The notes beneath the pieces are model-generated. The model ran no database searches. It was not told the DNA's origin and worked only from the letters and a program-made list of their open reading frames with translations. DNA of 38,083 bases from contig JAPLUY010000040.1 in assembly GCA_026397385.1 (NCBI GenBank), positions 1-38,083 of the forward strand. The letters run 5' to 3'. This document shows positions 28,554 through 36,485 of the stretch, in pieces (within the stretch, counting starts at the first letter, position 1; each line of letters opens with the position of its first letter). Both the position numbers and the translations under genes were made by a program. Source of the stretch: Candidatus Aenigmatarchaeota archaeon (GTDB lineage Archaea; Aenigmatarchaeota; Aenigmatarchaeia; CG10238-14; SCSR01).

Positions 28554-29126
28554 TCAGCAGATGCTTTCTCCGTTGTCTTGGAGCAGCTGCGTCCGCACGT
28601 ATATGGGCACCTGCATCCGCACTGCAATCGCAGTGGCGTCGCTCGGCCGGGCGTCGAGGCTCGCGACGCGGTCGCCGTCACGCAGAACTATCCTCCCGTA
28701 GAACGTCTGGTTGCGCACGTCTGTGACCTTCACCATGAGCACCTGTATGCCCAGATTCTGGAAAGCATCCGCGGCGATGTCGTGCGCGTTCGGGCGCGCG
28801 GGCGTTATGCCGTTCATCCCGTTGTATATGCTCTCGGCCTGCGCCGCCTCCACGTGCGTGCGTATCTCCATGCAGCCTGACGTCAGCGTGACGACTCCGT
28901 CGCCATTGCTGTCAATGCTCGCGTCCACGAGCACCTGGCTGTATCCTATGGTCGAAAGCTCCGGCAGGTCGATGAGCGTGTTGCTGTAGTTGTTGTACGC
29001 AACGTAGAAGGATACGGCTCCGATTGCCAGCAGAGCTACGATCAAAATAGTAACAGCATGCCTGCGAAGGAATCCCTTCGATGTCGAGGAGCTGCGCCAC
29101 GGGCGCCTTGACTTCCTTTCCGCCAT
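28554..29126 (-). CDS. Bifunctional nuclease (BFN/DUF151) domain protein with N-terminal membrane anchor
   Basis: Basic N-terminus MAERKSRRPWRSSSTSKGFLRRH, TM AVTILIVALLAIGAVSFYVAY, then BFN motifs ARPNAHDI, VKVTDVRNQTFYGRIVL, LDARPSDATAIAVRMQVPIYV. Confidence 0.75.
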   Translation of the reverse strand: MAERKSRRPWRSSSTSKGFLRRHAVTILIVALLAIGAVSFYVAYNNYSNTLIDLPELSTIGYSQVLVDASIDSNGDGVVTLTSGCMEIRTHVEAAQAESIYNGMNGITPARPNAHDIAADAFQNLGIQVLMVKVTDVRNQTFYGRIVLRDGDRVASLDARPSDATAIAVRMQVPIYVRTQLLQDNGESIC

Positions 29127-29194
29127 TCAAAAGACCTTTTATATCATTCGTCCCGGCGTTTAATTAAACTTTGTCCGCTGACGGTAATTCGCGG

Positions 29195-30289
29195 TCAGAC
29201 TATGTTCTTCAGTCCTATCTTTTTCGCGTACGCCACGACCTCGTCACGCTCTTCGGGCAGCAGCAGCCTGTTCATGCCCATGAACTCGCGCGCGCGGAAG
29301 CTGGGTTCGTACCCGCCTAGTATGTTCACGCGCGTCCACGGTCCGAGATTGTCCTTTATCCACTTCAGCGCGGGCTTCGCGTCACAGTCGAGGTGGTCCG
29401 GCAGCAGCGGCACGCGTGCGACCAGTTCGGCCTGCATCTTCGCGAGCAGGTGGCTGCGTTTGGCAGCTTCGGCGTACCTCGGCGCGGACGAGAGCACGCG
29501 CGCGCAGTCGTCGTTGAAGTAGTGGAACTCCAACAGGTAGATGTCCACGATCCCGTCCAGCAGTTCCATCGCCTTCTCTGAGAGGTAGGCGTTCGAGTTG
29601 AAAACTACTGGGATGTTGGCGCGGCACGCTCCCATGACCTTCAGAAAGTTCAGCACGTACAGCGTCGGCTCCCCACCCGTCATGGCCAGAGTCCTGCATC
29701 CCGCCTTGTGTTGCTCCTCAGCCCAGCGCGCGACCTTGCCTTCGGGCCACTCCGTGCCAGCGCTCGCGTCCGAGTTGCCCTGGTTCTCGCATTCCACGAA
29801 GCGCACCGTGCAACCTGCGCAGAAGATGCTGAAAGAGGGCGTCAACTCCTGCTCATAGTCCGTGCGCACGTGGCTGCCCGTCAGCCTGAACTCCATACCT
29901 GCGCCGCATATGCCGCGCTTGCCGGCCGTCCTGTCCACGCCGCACCGATGCTCGCACATGACGCAGTCGCGCATCACGTCCTCCGCCAGCTTGGTCTTGA
30001 GGTCCAACAAGGAGAAGCGCGGCACATCCAGCTCCCGTAGGTCGAGCTTGCCTTCGTCTATCATGGCCTGCGCCTGGGAGTATTTGCGCATGAGCTTGGC
30101 ATGTTCGCGCCACATGGCCGCGGACGTCATGCTCTTCTGCGGTTCGAAGACGATGCGCCTGGCTATCTGGAACTTCGTGGGCAGGTCGTCCATGATCATG
30201 CGCCCGTACCTAGGCAGCGCCTTCCTCATGTTAGGCGCACGGAGCGCCGCCAGGCTGTCCAGCCTTCCGCGCTTGCGATGTTCGGCCAT
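29195..30289 (-). CDS. Radical SAM superfamily protein, PflX-like (COG1313)
   Basis: N-terminal CVMCEHRCGVDRTAGKRGICG, TGGEPT, PVVFNSNAYLSEKAMELLDGIVDIYLLEFHYFND. The cluster-motif region reads IFCAGCTVRFVECEN instead of the usual ..GCNLRCVFCQN. The start may be an internal Met. Confidence 0.75.
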   Translation of the reverse strand: MAEHRKRGRLDSLAALRAPNMRKALPRYGRMIMDDLPTKFQIARRIVFEPQKSMTSAAMWREHAKLMRKYSQAQAMIDEGKLDLRELDVPRFSLLDLKTKLAEDVMRDCVMCEHRCGVDRTAGKRGICGAGMEFRLTGSHVRTDYEQELTPSFSIFCAGCTVRFVECENQGNSDASAGTEWPEGKVARWAEEQHKAGCRTLAMTGGEPTLYVLNFLKVMGACRANIPVVFNSNAYLSEKAMELLDGIVDIYLLEFHYFNDDCARVLSSAPRYAEAAKRSHLLAKMQAELVARVPLLPDHLDCDAKPALKWIKDNLGPWTRVNILGGYEPSFRAREFMGMNRLLLPEERDEVVAYAKKIGLKNIV

Positions 30290-30320
30290 ATGTAATGATT
30301 GTGCCCGCGCCGATAAAACG

Positions 30321-30749
30321 TCAGACGATCAGGCCGCGCAGGCAGCGCTCCGCATCCGCGATTCCGTCCGGCACTTTCGATGCGTCGACGAACACGACGT
30401 CGTGCATCCTCCATAGCCTGCGGCACTTGCGTTCTATTACGGCGCGGTCGATGTCCGTCTCTACCTCGTATGCCACGAGGCTGTCCGCATCGAGCACGTC
30501 GACTATGCCGCCCGCGGTCTCTATCTCCGTGCCTACCGTCCTGCCGAGATCGCGCAACGCCTTGAAGAGGAGCGCCTTCACGATCCAGTGCTTCATGCTC
30601 TCCTTGCCGCTGTGCGCGAAGAGGCAGTTGCTGTTTGCGCCGTCGAGCACGGCTCCGCGCTCGCGAAGAAGTCTGTCCGCACGCAGGAACGAGACGCGCT
30701 TCTGGCTCGGTATTCCGTAGCTGCGCCTCTTCGCAGAGACGATGCCCAT
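30321..30749 (-). CDS. Hypothetical protein, possibly PD-(D/E)xK nuclease-fold-like
   Basis: 142-aa ORF. GIVDVLDADSLVAYEVETDIDRAVIERK resembles a D...E-x-E/K restriction-endonuclease-like core. This is weak, and competing shadow ORFs overlap it. Confidence 0.4.
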   Translation of the reverse strand: MGIVSAKRRSYGIPSQKRVSFLRADRLLRERGAVLDGANSNCLFAHSGKESMKHWIVKALLFKALRDLGRTVGTEIETAGGIVDVLDADSLVAYEVETDIDRAVIERKCRRLWRMHDVVFVDASKVPDGIADAERCLRGLIV

Positions 30750-30872
30750 GAACCGAGTTCGTGCCGGACGGTTGATATGGTGCAGCGACCACCCCCGGTC
30801 GTGCTTTCGTCGGCAACGTCTATGTCCGTCCGCCGTGCAACGTTTATCTCCTGAAAAATGGAAAATTAATCT

Positions 30873-31343
30873 ATGGGAGCCGCGGCAGGTAGGCTTGACG
30901 CTTTTATGTCCGGTCTGGGGATATCGCCACTGGCGGCCGCAGTCATACTGATAGCAGTAACGATGACCGTCTCAGGCGTGCTTGCCTACTGGGCCACGAA
31001 CTTCGTCAATGCCCCGTCCGGAGCGGCCGCGACTGAGTCGTGCGGAGCGGCCGACTTTTTGATTTACTACTGCAATTTCGACAGCTCCAGCAGCAACCTC
31101 AACAGCAACCTCAACATAATACTCGAGAACCTCAAGAGCGTCGAACTGAACGACCTGCGCGTGTACTTGGTATATCAGGACTCGACCGTCTCCAACGCAT
31201 TGCCGCTCGGCTCTTCACTCTCGGGCGGCGTGCTCAAGTCGTACACCGTGACCGGCGTCGCTTCCAGCTTCGCCAAGATAGTCGTGAAGACTCAGTGCCC
31301 AGAGCTTACCAGAGAGGCGGTGTGCTCGAGGACCACGGGCTGA
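30873..31343 (+). CDS. Archaeal type IV pilin-like protein (class III signal peptide, DUF361-type N-terminus)
   Basis: GISPLAAAVILIAVTMTVSGVLAYW is the typical archaeal pilin/flagellin N-terminal hydrophobic segment. The start may be ATG 30906 (MSGLGISPL). Confidence 0.7.
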   Translation: MGAAAGRLDAFMSGLGISPLAAAVILIAVTMTVSGVLAYWATNFVNAPSGAAATESCGAADFLIYYCNFDSSSSNLNSNLNIILENLKSVELNDLRVYLVYQDSTVSNALPLGSSLSGGVLKSYTVTGVASSFAKIVVKTQCPELTREAVCSRTTG

Positions 31344-31373
31344 GTGGCGATTGTCGTTTTCAGAGAGGCTGCT

Positions 31374-31832
31374 ATGGCGCGCAAAAAGGCAATCTCCGAC
31401 ATGATAGCGACCGTGTTGCTGATAGCGTTCACGGTCGCGGTCGGCGGGATAATAAGCGTATGGATAACCGGCTTCACAACGCAGAGCACCGAGGCGGTCA
31501 CTTCGCAGTCTAACAACGCGCTCTACTGCGCGTACGCGGGCATGTCCGTGTCGAGCCTGAATTATTGCGGCGGCTATTTTTCCGGCATCGTGACCAACAC
31601 GAACCTCAAGGACATAGGCAACATAACCCTGCAGATAATCTACGACAACTCCAGCAGCCAGATGTTCAAGCTCAACAGCAGCGCCGGCGGAGCGGCGATG
31701 GCACTCACGCCGCGGCAGATAGACTCGTTCAACATATCCATCGGCGGGAGCAACTACAACAAGATACACTTCTACGCCAACTGCTCCAATGTGTACGACG
31801 ACGCGACGAGCGCGGACGTAACGGCCTGCTGA
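31374..31832 (+). CDS. Archaeal type IV pilin-like protein 2
   Basis: MARKKAISDMIATVLLIAFTVAVGGIISVW is a class III signal. The track ORF begins at GTG 31344, but ATG 31374 gives the canonical short basic leader. Confidence 0.7.
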   Translation: MARKKAISDMIATVLLIAFTVAVGGIISVWITGFTTQSTEAVTSQSNNALYCAYAGMSVSSLNYCGGYFSGIVTNTNLKDIGNITLQIIYDNSSSQMFKLNSSAGGAAMALTPRQIDSFNISIGGSNYNKIHFYANCSNVYDDATSADVTAC

Positions 31833-31841
31833 GCATCCTCC

Positions 31842-32849
31842 TTACCCGGCCACGGCGAACACGACGAACCCGACGAGCATCATCAGCGCGCTGTGCTTCA
31901 CACCGCCCAGTATCTCGCCTTCGGCCATCTTGCCTACGGACAGGCCGGCGAACAGGCCCTGTATGATTATCAGGTTGCGGAAGATGACCTTGTACTCGCC
32001 TGCGATGTCCAAAGACTGCGGCCCGGATGCGCTTCCTGTGAGCGAACCGAGCGATCCGGCCACGCCCGCGCTGTTGATGTTTCCGAGGCTGGGGACGAGG
32101 AAATTCTGCAGGCCCAGCATCACGCCCAGGAAGACGAAGAACACCACGTAGCCTGTTATCATCTGCGAGTTCATCGACAGACTCCTCTCTTGGCGTAGCC
32201 TGTCTATCTGCACCGCAGTATTGCTCAGCGCCTCGAACGTGTCAGAGATGTTCCCGCCGAACCTCTGGCTCTCGACGACCGAGGAGATTATCCGCATTAT
32301 CAGCTTGGATTTGCTGCGCTTGCCGAAGCTTATCATGACGCGCTCAACCGCGATGCCCCAGTCGAGCTGCGCTGCCATGCGCTTGACGTACGAGTTGAGC
32401 GCCTTGTAGTCGTTCTTCGCAACGGCCTTTATAGCCGCGGGCAGGGTCATGCCGCCGCGTATGGTCTCGACGAAGTCTCGCAGGAATACGGGGAACATCT
32501 CCTCGATCTCCTTGACCTCGTTGTACTCCGTGTACCTGAGCAGCACTATGGGCAGCGCGAATATGACAACGGCGATTATGTTTATTGTGGAGAACAGCTC
32601 AGGCACGTCGCTGAGCATGAGGAAGTTTATGGTGAGTATGGATGCGACCAACGCCGTGTTCAGCGCTATCATCAGCAGTACTTTCTTCTTCAGCGTGAAC
32701 TTCGCTACCCTCAGGTCTATGACCAGCTCGTCCGCATCCCTGATCTCCAGATCGGCGTACTGCGGCACGGCCGCGTTCACTGACGGCGGCTTCACCGGCT
32801 CCGGCTCCCTCGTGTCGACCCTCGGCTTCTTCGTTTCAGGTTCGGACAT
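31842..32849 (-). CDS. T2SS-F domain membrane protein (FlaJ/TadC-like, C-terminal-half equivalent)
   Basis: IEEMFPVFLRDFVETIRGGMTLPAAIKAVA...LDWGIAVERVM...FGGNISDTFEALS, plus TM helices. Confidence 0.8.
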   Translation of the reverse strand: MSEPETKKPRVDTREPEPVKPPSVNAAVPQYADLEIRDADELVIDLRVAKFTLKKKVLLMIALNTALVASILTINFLMLSDVPELFSTINIIAVVIFALPIVLLRYTEYNEVKEIEEMFPVFLRDFVETIRGGMTLPAAIKAVAKNDYKALNSYVKRMAAQLDWGIAVERVMISFGKRSKSKLIMRIISSVVESQRFGGNISDTFEALSNTAVQIDRLRQERSLSMNSQMITGYVVFFVFLGVMLGLQNFLVPSLGNINSAGVAGSLGSLTGSASGPQSLDIAGEYKVIFRNLIIIQGLFAGLSVGKMAEGEILGGVKHSALMMLVGFVVFAVAG

Positions 32850-32852
32850 GGC

Positions 32853-33725
32853 TTACATCTCCACCTCGGTGCCCTGCAGGAACGCCAGGAACCCCAGGTT
32901 CAGCATCGGCACGATCCCGTATATGCTCACCTTGACCAGGAAAAGTATGTCGAACCCGGCTATGGTGGGCTGTATCATGTTCATGACCGCGAACAGCGCT
33001 ATGATGAAGAGAGGCGCTGCTATCATTATGCCGGTGTAGAACTCCGAGTAGGCGTCCAGCGACTGCAGGTAGCGCTCGCGCTTGATGCGCCAGTCGAACA
33101 GCGCCGAGTCGCCGGCGTTCTTCAGGAAAACTTTCACGTCTCCGCCCGACTCCGTGGTCGTGACGAAACCGAGCAGCATCTGCTTCAGCTTATCCGACGG
33201 CGTCCGCTCCGCCACTTCCTTGACGGCCTTCAGTGGGTCCAGCCCGAAGTTGTCCATGTTGCGGACTATCTTCTTCATCTCGTTGGCCACCTGGCCGTAC
33301 TCGTTGAACTCGGATATGAGCTTGAATATCACGTACGGCGGCACGCCCGATTCCGCGACGGCGCCCATGTGCGTCAGCACGAACGGCAGGTTCGTCTCGA
33401 TGCTCTTCTTCCGCTCGGTCAGTTTCTGGTAAGGATAGAAGACCATCATCGTCATAGCCGATATGCCCACGAGGAACGGGATGAAGAGCACGTACACGAC
33501 CTCCATCATGAACGACACGGCGACGAACCTAAGCACGAAAAGCAGCATCACCAGCGAGGCTACGTACGCTACGACGGACGTCATGAACACGCCGCTCATG
33601 TACGTTCGGAACGTCACGTATATGTCCGCCTTCGGAAGGCTGGTCCTCACGATGGAGAAGTTCTCGCCGTACTTGTCCACCAGCCCGCCGAACACCGAGT
33701 CGGCCAAGGAGTTGAAGTTGGCCAT
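32853..33725 (-). CDS. T2SS-F domain membrane protein (FlaJ/TadB-like, N-terminal-half equivalent)
   Basis: IETNLPFVLTHMGAVAESGVPPYVIFKLIS...GLDPLKAVKEVAERTPSDKLKQ...ESGGDVKVFL, plus TM helices. It is in the same frame as the next ORF, separated only by TAA and one codon. Confidence 0.8.
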   Translation of the reverse strand: MANFNSLADSVFGGLVDKYGENFSIVRTSLPKADIYVTFRTYMSGVFMTSVVAYVASLVMLLFVLRFVAVSFMMEVVYVLFIPFLVGISAMTMMVFYPYQKLTERKKSIETNLPFVLTHMGAVAESGVPPYVIFKLISEFNEYGQVANEMKKIVRNMDNFGLDPLKAVKEVAERTPSDKLKQMLLGFVTTTESGGDVKVFLKNAGDSALFDWRIKRERYLQSLDAYSEFYTGIMIAAPLFIIALFAVMNMIQPTIAGFDILFLVKVSIYGIVPMLNLGFLAFLQGTEVEM

Positions 33726-33765
33726 AGGCTTACAATTATTATTCGTGCCCCATTAAGAAAATGCT

Positions 33766-35970
33766 TTACACGGCGGCCATGTTGCGCAGCTCCCGCTTCA
33801 GCTGCTCTCGCATCTCCTTCACGAACTTGAAGTTGAAGAGACCCAGCACGGCAGGGGTGCCGTTGAACGGACCGACGTAGCCTATCTGCGCTCCGGTTTT
33901 CGCTGCCTCCTCCTCGCCCGTCCCGGCCAGCCCGCCGCGCATCTTGCCTTCTGCAGCCAGCTTCTCGATATCCGCCTCCTCCTTCGCCATGCTATCGAGC
34001 GGATTCTCGGCAGCCATGAAGTTCAGCGGCTTCGGCCTTTCCGCCTTCGCGGCAGGCCGCCTCGGCGGTTCCGGTTCGACGGCCACGGGCTCCGGTTCCG
34101 GCGGCGCGGTCACTGGCACCGGCTCGAACACGAGGACCTGCGGTTGCGGCCTCGCGACAGGCGGGGGCGCTACAGTCTCGGCCGGCCGCGGAAGGATTGC
34201 CGGCCTCGGTATCACGACGGGCTCCACCGCCCTCAGCGGCTCCGCCTCATTCTCTATTATGACTTCCGGCTGCATCGGCAGCGGATGCAGCTCCTCGATC
34301 TTCCCGATCTTTATCTCGGCGTCCTTGGGCGTCTGGAAGGCCCCAATCTGCGCCATCAGTACCTTCGGTTCCTTGTAGTAGCGGTTTATAATCTTCGTGA
34401 CCTCGGCAAAGTCGGTTATGCCCTGGGCGCGCATCCACTCGAGCACGCGCGTGCGCTGCTTGATCTCCTTGGCCGCGTCCTCGGCACTGCCGCCCTTGGC
34501 CTCCACGAGCTTCCTGACCATTATGCTGGTGTTCAGCTGCAGGAACCTGTCCGCGACCGGGTCCCACGTGAACACGACGTTCGTCTTCACTTCGGCCGTC
34601 TTGGGGTCGACGCTGATTATCTCCGTGACCTCCTTCATGCGCCGCGCGGACTTGCCCTTCTCGCGCGCGTGCACCATAACCGCGATGACGTTCAAGCTCT
34701 CTATCAGCGTGGGCGAGAGGTCGATTGGCGGAGTCGTCAGCCTCTTGACGACACTGTCGACGGACCCACCGTGGAACGTGCTCATGCTCGGGTGGCCGGA
34801 GCTCATCCCTTGGAACATGACGTAGGCCTCGGGGCCGCGCGTCTCACCGACTATCACATAGTCGGGATTCTGCCTGAAACTCTGCTTCAGGAGGTCGAAC
34901 AGCGATACGCCTCCGTACTTCTCGCCGCCCGGAAGCGGTATCCCGAATCCCACGCGCGCGAGCGTCGGCACCCAGTGTTCGTTCGGTATGCGCAGCTCGC
35001 GCGTGTCCTCGATGCTGACAATCTTAGACTCGGGCGGTATGAACATGCATATGCTGTTGAGGAAGCTCGTCTTGCCGGTCGCGACGCCGCCGACCACGAG
35101 TATCGACGCGCCGTACTCGATTAAGTACCAGAAGTATGCCATCAACGGGGAGGAGATGGTCTTCGAGTTTATGACGTCGATCGGCGAGAACGGCCGCTCG
35201 CTGAACTTGCGGATTGTGAACGTCGGGCCGCGCGCGTACATCGGTGCACCGGTGCCGTCGCAGCTGATGTCCTCTATGTTCGGGTCCTGGAGGAATGGCT
35301 CGATCTCGTTGAAGCCTACGAAGTTGCGGTAGATGAAGTACATTATGCGCGCATATTGCGCGGGCGGCAGGTCCAGTCCGAACTGGCGGAGTATCTTAGC
35401 AATCTGCTTCTCGAGATACTCGATTATCTTGCCCTCCTCCTTGATGGACGTCAGTTCGACTTCGACGAGCTCGATGAGGGCTTCGGATATCTTCTTGATC
35501 ATCTGCCTGTCCTTGTCGTCAAGCTCCGGCTGTATGACGTTGTAGACGAGCTCCTTGTTGACCGAGTCCCACTTTATGTTAGCGTATGCGAACGGCTCGA
35601 TCAGAGGATAAGTGATGTCGATCTGCGATATGTCGTCGTACTTTGGGAAGTCTATGTTGGGCTTGACGTTCTTCAGCCTGAACCCCGGAAGCGCCATCAT
35701 CTCCGGCTCGGCCGGTTTCTTCGTTTTCTCCACGTTCTCCGCTTCAGGTCCCTTCCCCACCTTCGTGCGGGCCATCTGGTCGGTTATCACGCGGTACAGC
35801 GCGCCGCGCATGGAGCCTATCCGTTCCAGTCTGTCGGTTATGCCGCTCAGTATTCCGGGCTGCGCTTCGGCCGGCTGCTGCTTCTTCGGAGCCGCGTCAG
35901 CATCCGGGGTCTTTGACTGGTCCACGGGCTGCGGCTGCGCTTCTGCTTTCGGAGGATTCTCGTCGGCCAT
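33766..35970 (-). CDS. FlaI/GspE-family secretion ATPase (type IV pilus/archaellum assembly), atypical architecture
   Basis: NIEDISCDG, RGPTFTIRKF, Walker A GGVATGKTS, SIEDTRELR, Walker B PDYVIVGETRG, STFHGGS. It also has P/Q/A-rich N-terminal (~95 aa) and Pro-rich C-terminal (~190 aa) extensions. Confidence 0.9.
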   Translation of the reverse strand: MADENPPKAEAQPQPVDQSKTPDADAAPKKQQPAEAQPGILSGITDRLERIGSMRGALYRVITDQMARTKVGKGPEAENVEKTKKPAEPEMMALPGFRLKNVKPNIDFPKYDDISQIDITYPLIEPFAYANIKWDSVNKELVYNVIQPELDDKDRQMIKKISEALIELVEVELTSIKEEGKIIEYLEKQIAKILRQFGLDLPPAQYARIMYFIYRNFVGFNEIEPFLQDPNIEDISCDGTGAPMYARGPTFTIRKFSERPFSPIDVINSKTISSPLMAYFWYLIEYGASILVVGGVATGKTSFLNSICMFIPPESKIVSIEDTRELRIPNEHWVPTLARVGFGIPLPGGEKYGGVSLFDLLKQSFRQNPDYVIVGETRGPEAYVMFQGMSSGHPSMSTFHGGSVDSVVKRLTTPPIDLSPTLIESLNVIAVMVHAREKGKSARRMKEVTEIISVDPKTAEVKTNVVFTWDPVADRFLQLNTSIMVRKLVEAKGGSAEDAAKEIKQRTRVLEWMRAQGITDFAEVTKIINRYYKEPKVLMAQIGAFQTPKDAEIKIGKIEELHPLPMQPEVIIENEAEPLRAVEPVVIPRPAILPRPAETVAPPPVARPQPQVLVFEPVPVTAPPEPEPVAVEPEPPRRPAAKAERPKPLNFMAAENPLDSMAKEEADIEKLAAEGKMRGGLAGTGEEEAAKTGAQIGYVGPFNGTPAVLGLFNFKFVKEMREQLKRELRNMAAV

Positions 35971-36056
35971 CGGAGCATCGCCCGTCCAGCCCGTCCGATG
36001 ACGGGCACTAACGGTTCGAACAGTCGCACGGAGAATTCAAAGGAGCGTCGGGTGGC

Positions 36057-36344
36057 CTATGCGCGGCCTTCGTACTTCTTCCTCACGGACTTGCCGGGCT
36101 GCGATATGCCCCTGGACCTCGCGCATGACGGGCAGAACCTCTCCTCCCTGCGCATCAGGTGCACCATCCTGCGGTCGATCTGCCTCATGAGGTACGGGTC
36201 GCCCAGGCTGAAACCGCGGACCTTGGTGAAGGTCTTGTACCTCGGCACCTGGCGGCCGCACGAGTCGCACGTGACCATCTGCTCGCCACCGCGGCTCTTT
36301 GTATGGCGGTATTCGCGCTTGTATGGCGCGGTGCTTATAGGCAT
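36057..36344 (-). CDS. rps26e: Ribosomal protein eS26
   Basis: 95 aa, basic. VTCDSCGRQVPRYK ... RFCPSCARSRG fits the eS26 C-x2-C-G-x3-P-x2-K ... (Y/F)C-x-S-C-A pattern. AGGAG lies about 11 nt upstream. Confidence 0.62.
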   Translation of the reverse strand: MPISTAPYKREYRHTKSRGGEQMVTCDSCGRQVPRYKTFTKVRGFSLGDPYLMRQIDRRMVHLMRREERFCPSCARSRGISQPGKSVRKKYEGRA

Positions 36345-36380
36345 TTTCCCAACTCCTTTGAAATATCCTGCACGTTGTTC

Positions 36381-36388
36381 TTTATATA
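36381..36388. promoter_or_regulatory. TTTATATA box in the divergent eS26 / rtcB spacer
   Basis: A near-palindromic TATA element 37-44 nt upstream of the eS26 ATG. It is too close to ATG 36402 to serve that start. A second box, TAAAATAG (~36450), lies ~30 nt before ATG 36486. Confidence 0.3.
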
Positions 36389-36485
36389 GTATTCTCTCGG
36401 CATGGGTAATAAAGTTGGGAGCAGGCGAAAAGCGTTAAAGCCGAGGACGCGTAAAATAGATTACAATACGGACGGTGCGTTGGAT

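Noticed and set aside
30764-30830. tRNA-like or structured element upstream of the first pilin gene (CCGGACGG ... CGACC-ACCCCC-GGTCG ... CCGTCCG)
   Set aside because: It has nested hairpins only. There is no T-loop, D-loop or cloverleaf geometry, so it is most likely just 5' or intergenic secondary structure.
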